From a bacterium (lineage in GTDB: Bacteria > Deinococcota > Deinococci > Deinococcales > Deinococcaceae), in the NCBI GenBank assembly GCA_021810505.1, contig JAJZIR010000011.1, positions 30,450 through 94,449 of the forward strand: a stretch of 64,000 bases of DNA. The letters are read 5' to 3'. This document shows positions 39,309-49,953 of this stretch, in pieces. Each line of letters starts with the position of its first letter. Within the stretch, counting starts at the first letter, position 1. The notes under the pieces are model-generated. The model did not search any database. It saw only the letters and a list, made by a program, of their open reading frames with translations, and was not told the DNA's origin. The position numbers were made by a program, and so were the translations under genes.

Positions 39309-40982
39309 CTAGCGCTCGGTCCAGTACTGCGGAGAAAGCGCTCCAGCCGGGCTGAGTTGCGCGGCGAAGCCGGCGATGGATTTGGAGGCGATGGTGATCG
39401 CCCCCACTGCCCCGGTGTAGGCGCCTGCCGCTTCCGGGAGGTAGATGACCGGCAGGTCTTTGGCCAAGTAGTCCTGGTAGCGGTAGAGGAGCTTGAGCGC
39501 CTGCGCCGGCGAGGTGAAGGCGTGGGTGGCGGAGATGAGCTGGTCAGCTTTCTCGCTGGCGTAGCCCTCGCTGTTGGATCCCCCGCCGGCCCCGAACAGC
39601 CCGTAACCGGTAGGGTAAGGGTTGTAGACCCAGCCGTTCCCGTAGAACATCAGTTCCCAGGACTTGGGGGTAGCTAGCTCCCCGAGCAGAGCGTCGAACG
39701 GCTTGGGCTCCAGATGGATCCGGATCCCCTCCTTGGCCGCCGCCGCCGCGAACAGCTCCGAGACCTGCTGGGTCGAGGTGGAACCGCTGGCGTATTGCAG
39801 GGTGAAAGAGAGCTGCTGCGCTCCCTTACGCATCACGCCGTCCACCATCTTCCAGCCGGCTCTCTCCAGCAACGCCCGGCCGGCCGCCGGGTCATAAGGG
39901 TAGGGCACCTCCCCGGCCGCCAGCAGCGGGTCGACGTAGGTGGGGGGCTGGTAGGGAACCGGGCCGTACTGCGCCAGGGCCTGACCGTGGTAGATGGCCT
40001 TGACCATGGCCGGCTGGTCGACGGCCATCTGCAGGGCTTGGCGCACGGCTAGGTCTTTGAGGGCCGCCGCGGCCGGGTTGAGCAGGCTGGGGTAAATGTA
40101 GGTGATCCCCCAGGAGGACGAGAAGACCGCCCGGAATCCCTGCAGGCGGGGGAGCTCGCCGTAGAGGTGGAAAGGAAGGTAACCGATCTGGATTTGCCCG
40201 GTAGCTAGAGCGTTGAACTCCGCACTGGATGACGTGAAATACCGGAAAACGAAGTGGTGGAACTGCGGCCGATGCCCGCCGTAGCTGGAATTGGCAGTAT
40301 AGACGAACTGAGCGTTATGCAGGGCGCTTACCAGGCGGTAAGGGCCGTCGATGGGGCTAGCCCGGAAGAAGGCTAGGTTGCCCCCGTTCTTCTGCAGATA
40401 GGCCAGCGTCTTCCTGGGGTGACCGGGGTAGCGGTCCCAGGCCCGCTTGGGCAGGGGTGTCAGCTGGCCGATGCCGTTCAGAATGAACCAGTTGGGGCTA
40501 TAGGGATGCTTCAGGGTGATCTCCAGCTCCCTGGGCCCGAGGACTTGCACCGCGCGGATGGCGTTGGGGATCCCCCCGACCCCCCAGTTGCCGTACCGGC
40601 TGGAGTTCTTCTCGCTGATGCTCATGAAGAGCCGCAGCTCAAAGGCGACATCGGCAGCGGTGACCGGTTTGCCGTCTGACCAGTGCCACTTGGATTTCAG
40701 AGTGATCAGGTAGTGCTGACCGTCTTGGGTTCGGACCGAGCGGGCGATAGAGCGCGCGTAATTGACTTGCAGGTCCTTGCCGATCCACAGCAGCGGCTTA
40801 TACATCAACTGAGAAGCCCACACGTTGACCACGTCGAACAGGTTGGAGGGAAAGATCGGGTTGACGAAATTGACGTTGTTGGCTGGTGGGAGGGCGTACA
40901 CCACCGTGCTAGCGGCTGGAGCGGCCAGGGCGAGCGTTCCGGTGCTCAGGGCGGCAGCGAGGATCAAGGTCTTTGCGCGCAT
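39309..40982 (-). CDS. ABC transporter substrate-binding protein, family 5 (oligopeptide/dipeptide/nickel type)
   Basis: Signal peptide MRAKTLILAAALSTGTLALAAPA; SBP_bac_5 architecture, 557 aa. Confidence 0.85.
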   Translation of the reverse strand: MRAKTLILAAALSTGTLALAAPAASTVVYALPPANNVNFVNPIFPSNLFDVVNVWASQLMYKPLLWIGKDLQVNYARSIARSVRTQDGQHYLITLKSKWHWSDGKPVTAADVAFELRLFMSISEKNSSRYGNWGVGGIPNAIRAVQVLGPRELEITLKHPYSPNWFILNGIGQLTPLPKRAWDRYPGHPRKTLAYLQKNGGNLAFFRASPIDGPYRLVSALHNAQFVYTANSSYGGHRPQFHHFVFRYFTSSSAEFNALATGQIQIGYLPFHLYGELPRLQGFRAVFSSSWGITYIYPSLLNPAAAALKDLAVRQALQMAVDQPAMVKAIYHGQALAQYGPVPYQPPTYVDPLLAAGEVPYPYDPAAGRALLERAGWKMVDGVMRKGAQQLSFTLQYASGSTSTQQVSELFAAAAAKEGIRIHLEPKPFDALLGELATPKSWELMFYGNGWVYNPYPTGYGLFGAGGGSNSEGYASEKADQLISATHAFTSPAQALKLLYRYQDYLAKDLPVIYLPEAAGAYTGAVGAITIASKSIAGFAAQLSPAGALSPQYWTER

Positions 40983-41082
40983 GGTACCTCCGGGGAGCTG
41001 GGTGCAAAACGAGCAGCCTCACCTGGGGTGGTGACTTGCGGGAGGAGATGAGGTGGTCTAAATGTACCACAGGTTAGTCACA

Positions 41083-41108
41083 GGGGGCGGGTAGCTCAGC
41101 TGGGTAAA
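41083..41108 (+). other. tRNA-like 5' fragment GGGGGCGGGTAGCTCAGCTGGG (acceptor + D-arm of a tRNA-Ala-like sequence) without the rest of the tRNA
   Basis: Near-identical to canonical tRNA 5' end GGGGCGGTAGCTCAGCTGGG; no anticodon/T arms follow. Confidence 0.3.
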
Positions 41109-41126
41109 CTAGCCCGGGAGGAGAGA

Positions 41127-41903
41127 GTGGATTCCAAGACGCGGCACCGCCTGCTCGCCTACCTGGCTGAATTTCTAGGAACCGCCCTGTTGGTGCTGAT
41201 CGGATTGTCCTTCGTGATCCTGGACTTCTCGGCGCGCAGCCCGGTCCCCCGTTGGATTCCGAACAGCGGGCTACGCCGCTTCCTGACCGGGGCGCTCTTC
41301 GGGGGAACCGGGGCCACCATCGCCGTCTCGCCGCTGGGCAAGCTGAGCGGAGCGCACATCAACCCGGCGGTGAGCTTAGCCTTCTATTTAGAGGGCAAGC
41401 TCAGCGGCTCCGATCTGCTGATCTACCTGTTGGCTCAGTGCGCCGGGGCTGTGGCCGGCAGCGCCCTGCTGCTGCTGTGGGGTAGCTGGGGCGCGCCGCT
41501 GCACTTCGGGGCCAGCTTACCGGGCCCGGGAGTAGCGCCGGCCTTGGCCGCTGCAGCCGAGCTGGGCTGCACCTTTTTGATGGTCTTGGGCATGTTGATC
41601 CTGCTCAGCCACAGGGCCAGCCAGCGCTTCACGCCGCTGCTTTTTCCGGCGCTGTTCGCGCTGCTGGTCTGGTTGGAAGCCCCCATCTCCGGCACCAGCG
41701 CCAACCCGGCCCGCAGCCTAGGGCCCGCGCTGGTGAGCGGCGACTGGCGAGCCCAGTGGGTCTACTGGGTGGGCCCGCCCCTAGGCGCCGCCCTAGCTGT
41801 CGCCCTGCTGCGCAGCGAAGCGCTGGGCCGGCACCGGGTCAAGGTGGCCAAGCTGTTCCACTTCGCCCACGACCCGGTGGGGATGTTCAGCGGCGGGCGG
41901 TGA
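41127..41903 (+). CDS. MIP-family channel (aquaporin/glycerol facilitator-like), GTG start
   Basis: Two NPA boxes (HINPAVSL, SANPARSLGPA), 6 TM; GGGAGGAG RBS. Confidence 0.85.
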   Translation: MDSKTRHRLLAYLAEFLGTALLVLIGLSFVILDFSARSPVPRWIPNSGLRRFLTGALFGGTGATIAVSPLGKLSGAHINPAVSLAFYLEGKLSGSDLLIYLLAQCAGAVAGSALLLLWGSWGAPLHFGASLPGPGVAPALAAAAELGCTFLMVLGMLILLSHRASQRFTPLLFPALFALLVWLEAPISGTSANPARSLGPALVSGDWRAQWVYWVGPPLGAALAVALLRSEALGRHRVKVAKLFHFAHDPVGMFSGGR

Positions 41904-41906
41904 GGC

Positions 41907-42587
41907 TCAGTTAAAGCCGCCCAGCGTCGCCGAAGTGGTGCCCGCGAAGGTCAGGCTGATGTCGCATCCGGCCACCGAGGTGTTGCTGGACTGCAAGCTG
42001 GCGGAGACCTGAAGGGTGCTGCTCCCGCTGGTCAGGATGGTGAAGGCTTGGCTGACCGTAGAGCCGCTGAAGGAGGCAGCTAAGTCCGCGGCGTTCCCCG
42101 AAGCCGCGGTGACCGTGTAGCTACCCGCTGTCGAGGGGGAGGGAGTCAGCGTAAAGGTCACGTTCGGCTGCGCGTTCAGGGTGACGCTCTGGTTGCTACC
42201 GCTCAGGTTCAAGCTCAAGCTGGTCACAGTGACCGGGACCGGTGAGCTATCCGGGAGGCAGGTCGCCGTGCCGCTGAGGTTCACGGTGGTGAAGTTGGCG
42301 TCCAGGGTGAGCTGGCTGGGGCTGATCCCCTGGGTGATCTGGGGCAAGGTGAGCTGGGGCACCGAAACCTGAGTGCTGACCGAGCCATCCACTACCTGGG
42401 TGCTCTGGGGTGAGACCGCCGCGGTGGTAACGTTCGAGCTGAATGAACCCGAGATGGCTTGGCCGCTGAGGCCCAGCTGGCTGCCGCTCACGGTCTGGGA
42501 ACCGATAAAGTGCCCGATCAGCGCCCCGCAACCGGCCAAGAGCGCCGCGGAACCGATCAAACCGGCTGACTTGACTAACTTGTGCAT
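41907..42587 (-). CDS. Ser/Thr-rich lipoprotein (lipobox LLAGC)
   Basis: MHKLVKSAGLIGSAALLAGCGA signal + Cys; remainder 45% S/T low complexity. Confidence 0.5.
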   Translation of the reverse strand: MHKLVKSAGLIGSAALLAGCGALIGHFIGSQTVSGSQLGLSGQAISGSFSSNVTTAAVSPQSTQVVDGSVSTQVSVPQLTLPQITQGISPSQLTLDANFTTVNLSGTATCLPDSSPVPVTVTSLSLNLSGSNQSVTLNAQPNVTFTLTPSPSTAGSYTVTAASGNAADLAASFSGSTVSQAFTILTSGSSTLQVSASLQSSNTSVAGCDISLTFAGTTSATLGGFN

Positions 42588-42699
42588 ACGTCCTCCCTGT
42601 GCAGCACTGGATCTAGGCTATCTCAGCTTAACTCTAACACACCCCTACCCCTAGGGCTATCCCCCGATTGGGGGTGTTCAGGGCGCGCGGCGTAGCGTA

Positions 42700-45033
<2,334 letters not shown>

Positions 45034-45051
45034 TTTCACCACAGGAGAGAC

Positions 45052-46077
45052 GTGATCTCATACCGTTCCGGTAAGGTCTTGATCGTCGACGACCAAGAGG
45101 ACAACCTGGTGCTGCTGCGCAAGCTGCTGGAGCGCGAAGGTTACCGCGACATCCTGGCCTTGCAGAGCGGGGCGCAGGTGTGGGAGGCGGTGCAGGACTT
45201 CGGACCCGACATCGTCTTGCTGGACCTGTTCATGCCTCAGGTGGACGGTTTCGAGGTGCTGCGGACCCTGCGCGCCCGCCTGCCGCAGGATCAGTTCCTG
45301 CCGGTCCTCGTCCTCACCGCCGACGGGCGGCCGGAAAGCCGCCAGCGGGCTCTGGCCCTGGGGGCCAAGGACTTCCTGACCAAGCCCTTCGACGTGGTGG
45401 AGGTCTCGCTGCGGGTAGCCAACCTCCTGGAGTCCCGGGCGATGTACCTGAGCCTGCAGGGAGAGAACCGCCAGCTGAACGCTCTGGTGCGCAGCCGCAC
45501 CCATGAGCTGGCCCAGTCCAGGCTGGAGGTGCTCGAGCGCTTGGCCCACGCCGCCGAGTACCGCGACGACGAGACCGGCGAGCACGTGCGCAGGGTGGCG
45601 GCGCTCTCAGCCTCCCTAGCCCACGCTCGGGGGCTCGGCCAGGAGCTCACTGAGCAGATCGAGCGGGCCTCGGCCCTGCACGACGTGGGGAAGATCGGGA
45701 TCCCCGACGCCATCTTGCGCAAACCGGGCCCGCTCGATCCGGCCGAGCGCCGCACCATGCAGGCGCACACCACCATCGGCAAGAAGCTCTTAGAGGGTGG
45801 CCGGTCCGAGTTCCTCCTGCGCGCCGAAGAGATCGCCTACGCCCACCACGAGCGCTGGGACGGCCGGGGCTACCCGCAGGGCCTCAGCGGCGAGCAGATC
45901 CCCCTGTCAGCCAGGATCGTGGCCTTGGCCGACGTGCACGACGCTCTGATCCACGAGCGACCCTACAAGGCCGCCTGGCCCGCCGAGCGGGCCCTGGAGG
46001 AGATCCGGCGCGGCCGCGGGACCCACTTCGACCCCGAGCTCACCGAGCTGTTCCTAGAACTAGAGCTTCCCAGCTAG
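45052..46077 (+). CDS. Response regulator with HD-GYP phosphodiesterase output (RpfG-like)
   Basis: REC (LIVDDQEDN...LLDLFMPQVDG) + HD-GYP (HDVGKIGIPD...HHERWDGRGYPQGL). Confidence 0.85.
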   Translation: MISYRSGKVLIVDDQEDNLVLLRKLLEREGYRDILALQSGAQVWEAVQDFGPDIVLLDLFMPQVDGFEVLRTLRARLPQDQFLPVLVLTADGRPESRQRALALGAKDFLTKPFDVVEVSLRVANLLESRAMYLSLQGENRQLNALVRSRTHELAQSRLEVLERLAHAAEYRDDETGEHVRRVAALSASLAHARGLGQELTEQIERASALHDVGKIGIPDAILRKPGPLDPAERRTMQAHTTIGKKLLEGGRSEFLLRAEEIAYAHHERWDGRGYPQGLSGEQIPLSARIVALADVHDALIHERPYKAAWPAERALEEIRRGRGTHFDPELTELFLELELPS

Positions 46078-47072
46078 CGCAGCTCGGCCGGGGGCCGGTC
46101 AGCCCGGCACGCCACCGCCCTGGCCTGTTCGAGCCAGCGGCCGCGCAGCTCGGGGGGAGCCAGGACGTCGACTTGATCCCCCCAGCCCAACACCCACGAC
46201 AGGATCTCGATCGGGAAACCCTGTTTGTCCAGGCCCACCTCGATCCGAACTTCGAGGCTGCCATCCTCGAACTCGCGCTCGATCTGCAGGCCGGAGTACC
46301 CGCCCTCCCGGATCCGGTAGGCCGCCGCCTTGACGAAGCGCAGGCGCACGCTGGCAATCCGCCCAGAACCCGCGCCCACCACCCCCCAGGCCTGCGACAG
46401 GTACTGCCTGGGGTTGAAGTCTTGCGGAATCGCGTAGGTCTCGCCCCGGAGCAGCTCGATCCTGTGCATGCGGGACAGCTTGAAAGTTCGGATCTGGCCA
46501 CGCCTGACCCGCTCCTTTCCGATCACGTAGGTGGCGAGGTTGACCCTGGAGATCTCCACGAAGTAGACCTCCAGCTCCAAGCCAGCCTGGGGCGCACCGC
46601 CTGGTTTGGTGTACGCGAAGGAGAGGGGGTGGCGCTCGAACCAGGCGGTAGCCACCTGCTCGAGCTCCCGGCCGTTGGCGTGGCGCTCCCGCAGCTCTTC
46701 GGTGCTGGCCAGGGCCACCGCGCGCGCCGGATCCGGGAGCATCTTGGCCAGCTTGGACAGCGCCGAGCGGTAGTGGGAGTTGCCGTCCTCGGTGTGGTGG
46801 AACAGCAGCCGCACCGCCGCGTGCACCGCCAACGCCTCCACCGCGTTGAGCTCGGAGGGAGGGGGCGGGATGTAGTAGCGTCCCCGGTCGTCGTTCCGCA
46901 AGTCCACGCCTATCTGCCTGAGCGCCTCCAAGTCGCGCTGCACGGTGCGCAGCCGCACCCCCTCTCCCAGCCGCTCGGCCAGCTGGCGGCTGGTCTGGGG
47001 GTGGCCGCTCAGGATTTCCTGCAGGCGCAAGAGCCGGAGCGCCTTGGTCGAGGCGGGGCCGTGGGCGGGCAT
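46074..47072 (-). CDS. WYL-domain transcriptional regulator (wHTH + WYL + WCX; PafBC/DriD/BrxR-like architecture)
   Basis: N-terminal wHTH (TSRQLAERLGEGVRLRTVQRDLEAL), central WYL-like beta domain, C-terminal extension; 4-nt convergent overlap with RR gene. Confidence 0.75.
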   Translation of the reverse strand: MPAHGPASTKALRLLRLQEILSGHPQTSRQLAERLGEGVRLRTVQRDLEALRQIGVDLRNDDRGRYYIPPPPSELNAVEALAVHAAVRLLFHHTEDGNSHYRSALSKLAKMLPDPARAVALASTEELRERHANGRELEQVATAWFERHPLSFAYTKPGGAPQAGLELEVYFVEISRVNLATYVIGKERVRRGQIRTFKLSRMHRIELLRGETYAIPQDFNPRQYLSQAWGVVGAGSGRIASVRLRFVKAAAYRIREGGYSGLQIEREFEDGSLEVRIEVGLDKQGFPIEILSWVLGWGDQVDVLAPPELRGRWLEQARAVACRADRPPAELR

Positions 47073-47093
47073 AGCTCACACTAACACGCCCCT

Positions 47094-48038
47094 GTGGGCG
47101 GCGGCTTAGCGGATAGGATCTGGGAGGTGGCCATCTCCGCACTCCTGCGCAGCTTGCACCTCTTGATCCCGGTGATGCTCCTGCTGGGCACCGGCTACCT
47201 GTTGGGCTGGCGCTTGCGCATCGATCCCCAGCCGCTCTCCCGCCTGGCGCTCTACGGGCTCAGCCCGGCCCTGGTGCTCGCCGCCCTGAAGCCCAAGCAC
47301 CTGCCGGGGGCCGAGCTGCTCTGGATCGCCACCTTCTCGGTGGCGATGCTGGTCGCCGCGCTGCTGCTCAGCGCCCTGCTGGCCTCCCTGCTGCACCTGG
47401 ACCGGGCCCGCCGCTCCGGGCTAGCCCTCACCACCGCCTTTGCCAACACCGCCAACCTGGGGTTGCCGGTGGTCGCTCTGGTGCTGGGGTCCAGGGGGGA
47501 GCAGGCCGGGGTGCTGTTCGTGCTCACCCAGGTGGTCTTGCTCAACACCGTCGGGGCGCTGGTGGCCGGCAGCCATAACCCTGATGGGCGGCTGCTCCGG
47601 CGGACGCTCGGCCTGCCCTCGCTCTGGGCGCTCGGCCTGGTGTTGATCCTCTCGGCCCTGCAGCTGCCGCTGCCGCAGCCGGTGGCGGCCGCGGCCCAGC
47701 TCGGCTCGGCCGGGTACGTTCCGGTGGTCCTGATCTCCTTGGGGATTACCCTGGCGCGCACCCGGCTGCTGACCGAGTGGGACCGGGTGGCCCTGATCGG
47801 GACCGGGGCCCGGTTGCTGGTGATGCCGGCGCTCGGCTGGCTGATTCTCTCGGCCCTCCCCCTGGCCGCGGTCGCCCAGCACGCCCTGCTGCTGCAGGCG
47901 GCGATGCCGGTAGCAGTCAACGCCTACATCCTCGCCCAGGAGTTCCAGTCGGCCGGAGGGCAGGTCGCCGCCACGGTGTTCAGCAGCCTGCTCGGCGGCC
48001 TGCTCACCATCCCCTTGCTGTCCAGCTGGCTGCGCTGA
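47094..48038 (+). CDS. AEC-family transporter (auxin efflux carrier / malate permease-like)
   Basis: 10 TM, two-repeat AEC topology, 314 aa; start 21 nt from WYL gene start (divergent). Confidence 0.75.
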   Translation: MGGGLADRIWEVAISALLRSLHLLIPVMLLLGTGYLLGWRLRIDPQPLSRLALYGLSPALVLAALKPKHLPGAELLWIATFSVAMLVAALLLSALLASLLHLDRARRSGLALTTAFANTANLGLPVVALVLGSRGEQAGVLFVLTQVVLLNTVGALVAGSHNPDGRLLRRTLGLPSLWALGLVLILSALQLPLPQPVAAAAQLGSAGYVPVVLISLGITLARTRLLTEWDRVALIGTGARLLVMPALGWLILSALPLAAVAQHALLLQAAMPVAVNAYILAQEFQSAGGQVAATVFSSLLGGLLTIPLLSSWLR

Positions 48039-48039
48039 C

Positions 48040-49410
48040 TCAGGAGGGCGCGGGTTCGGGCAGGGTCTCACGGAGCTGAGAGATGAAGTAGCTGCAGGCC
48101 TCAGCGCAGGGGATACCCCCAGGAACGCCGTCCAAGACGGTTTTGGCCAGAGTCTGGCCGGCCCACAGCGGGGTCTTCAGGCAGCTCCCGCACAGCTGCA
48201 GGCGCAAAGCCTCCACTTCCCGCTGGGAAGCGCGCTGCACCGCCTGGTAGATGCCGGTCTGCCTCCTAGCGGTGTTGGCCCAGGGGACCGGCAGGAGCTG
48301 CCGGTCGCGGTGGCGCTGGGACTCCTCGAGGGCGGCGGGGTAGACGTACTGCAGCGCGCGGCGCAGGTCGGAGGCCGGGAGGACGGATTTCCAACCGCGA
48401 GGTAGGTTGCGCTGGCCGCGCACCGGGCGGTAATTGCCGGCGTCGTCTCTGCGGATCCGGTCGCGCAGTCCCTCCAACGTCACCAGAGCGTCTAAGTCCG
48501 AGCGGTTCTGATCGAGCCAATGGTACAGCTCGAATAGACCGCTGCGCTCCCAGACCATCAGCTCGCCCAGCTGTAGGCCGGACTGCGCCAGGGAGGTCAC
48601 CTTTCTCCAGAGCGCCTCCACAGCGGGGTCGGCTTCGCCGGCTCCAGAACTCTGGCTGCTCTCCCTGGCCAGCTGCAGCAGGACCGCTTCTACCCCCGGG
48701 TGGGTGCCGACCGGCTTGGCGTAGTAGACGGTCCGCCCGCCTAGCTGGCTGACCTCGCCCTCCAAGCCCAGGTCGGCCGGGATGGTCTCCTGGGTGTGCC
48801 AACCCTCGGCGGTGAAGAAAGGGACCAGGATCACCTGGCTGGAACGGACCAGTTCCGGCCAGCGGGTCACCCTGGGTTCCTGATCCAGGAAGAGCGGCAA
48901 GACCTCTCCGAACTGGCCGCGGGCGGCCAACCGGGCGGCGCTATCCGAGACGACCTGGGCGCTGCGGCTGTTGCGGCCGGTACCGTGGCCGATGACCACC
49001 AGGGCCACACCCTCTCCGCCCACCCCGGGAGCTACCTCCTCAGCTCTGGCCAGAACCAGGTCGGCCATGCCAGGGTGCACCCCGAAGGGCTGGGTGTAGT
49101 GCACGGTGCGCCCCTGCACCGACTCGCGGATCCCTCCGGGCGGGACCGGGCCCTGGTGGCGCAGGCCCAGCTCCCTGGGGATCACCTGCTCGGTGAAATA
49201 CCCCTCGGAGATGAACAGAGGGATGGCGACCACGTCCAGGCAACGGGTCATGGCTAAGACCTGGCGGAGCGAAGGTTCCTCTTTCCAATAGGCCTCGATC
49301 ACCTCGGCAAAACCACCGTGGCGGCGCAGCAACTCGGCGTAGCGGTACACCGCGGCGGCCGAGTCGGGATTGAGGTGAGAGCCATGTCCGATCAGCACCA
49401 ACGACTGCAC
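48040..49410 (-). CDS. Tandem CbiX-type sirohydrochlorin cobaltochelatase fused to DR2241-family 4Fe-4S domain
   Basis: Two CbiX repeats (LVLIGHGSH..., ALVVIGHGTGRN...) then Cys-rich C-terminus (CGSCLKTPLW...CAEACSYF). Confidence 0.7.
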   Translation of the reverse strand: MQSLVLIGHGSHLNPDSAAAVYRYAELLRRHGGFAEVIEAYWKEEPSLRQVLAMTRCLDVVAIPLFISEGYFTEQVIPRELGLRHQGPVPPGGIRESVQGRTVHYTQPFGVHPGMADLVLARAEEVAPGVGGEGVALVVIGHGTGRNSRSAQVVSDSAARLAARGQFGEVLPLFLDQEPRVTRWPELVRSSQVILVPFFTAEGWHTQETIPADLGLEGEVSQLGGRTVYYAKPVGTHPGVEAVLLQLARESSQSSGAGEADPAVEALWRKVTSLAQSGLQLGELMVWERSGLFELYHWLDQNRSDLDALVTLEGLRDRIRRDDAGNYRPVRGQRNLPRGWKSVLPASDLRRALQYVYPAALEESQRHRDRQLLPVPWANTARRQTGIYQAVQRASQREVEALRLQLCGSCLKTPLWAGQTLAKTVLDGVPGGIPCAEACSYFISQLRETLPEPAPS

Positions 49411-49484
49411 CCTCGCAGCTTAGCCGGAAGTGGTCAAAGGGACTGTGGCGGAGAGGTCAGGGCCTCGTGCCCTAGAATGGAATC

Positions 49485-49922
49485 ATGGATGACGGTACCA
49501 TCCTGGCTCTGCTCCAAGAGGTCTTCGAGGGGCCTCCCGGGGAGTACGGCAGCCTGATAGAGCACGGCAGCGGCCTGCTCTCCACCCTGGCCGAGATCAC
49601 CCCGGAAGAGGCGTCGACCCGGCCGGCTCCTGGCCGCCCCACCCTGGCCGCCTTCGCCGCCCACCTCCTGGACGGCTTGCACTACGGCCTGGCCGAGCTG
49701 AGGGGAGAGGCCTTCACGGGCTCCTGGGAAGCCGCCTGGCAGATGGAGCAGGTGGACGAGGGCGCCTGGCAGGCTCTCCAGGCTGAGATCGGGCAGGCTT
49801 GGTCGGAGACCTGGGCCCTGGCCGAACGGGGGAAGGTCTCCTTGGGGTCTCTGCTGCACACCACCTTGCACTTGGGTGGTCTGAGAGCGATGTGGAAGGG
49901 AATCCGGGCGCAGCGCGGCTGA
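49485..49922 (+). CDS. DinB-family-like protein (DinB_2/YfiT-type)
   Basis: His-containing helices (AAHLLDGLHY, HTTLHLGGL); TAGAAT at -12..-7 from ATG (leaderless-type). Confidence 0.5.
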   Translation: MDDGTILALLQEVFEGPPGEYGSLIEHGSGLLSTLAEITPEEASTRPAPGRPTLAAFAAHLLDGLHYGLAELRGEAFTGSWEAAWQMEQVDEGAWQALQAEIGQAWSETWALAERGKVSLGSLLHTTLHLGGLRAMWKGIRAQRG

Positions 49923-49953
49923 AGCTGCACACCCCGGGTGCGGCGCGGCGCTG

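Noticed and set aside
41127-41903. Assigning the MIP channel specifically as aqpZ or glpF
   Set aside because: NPA boxes identify the family only; selectivity-filter residues not confidently readable by eye.
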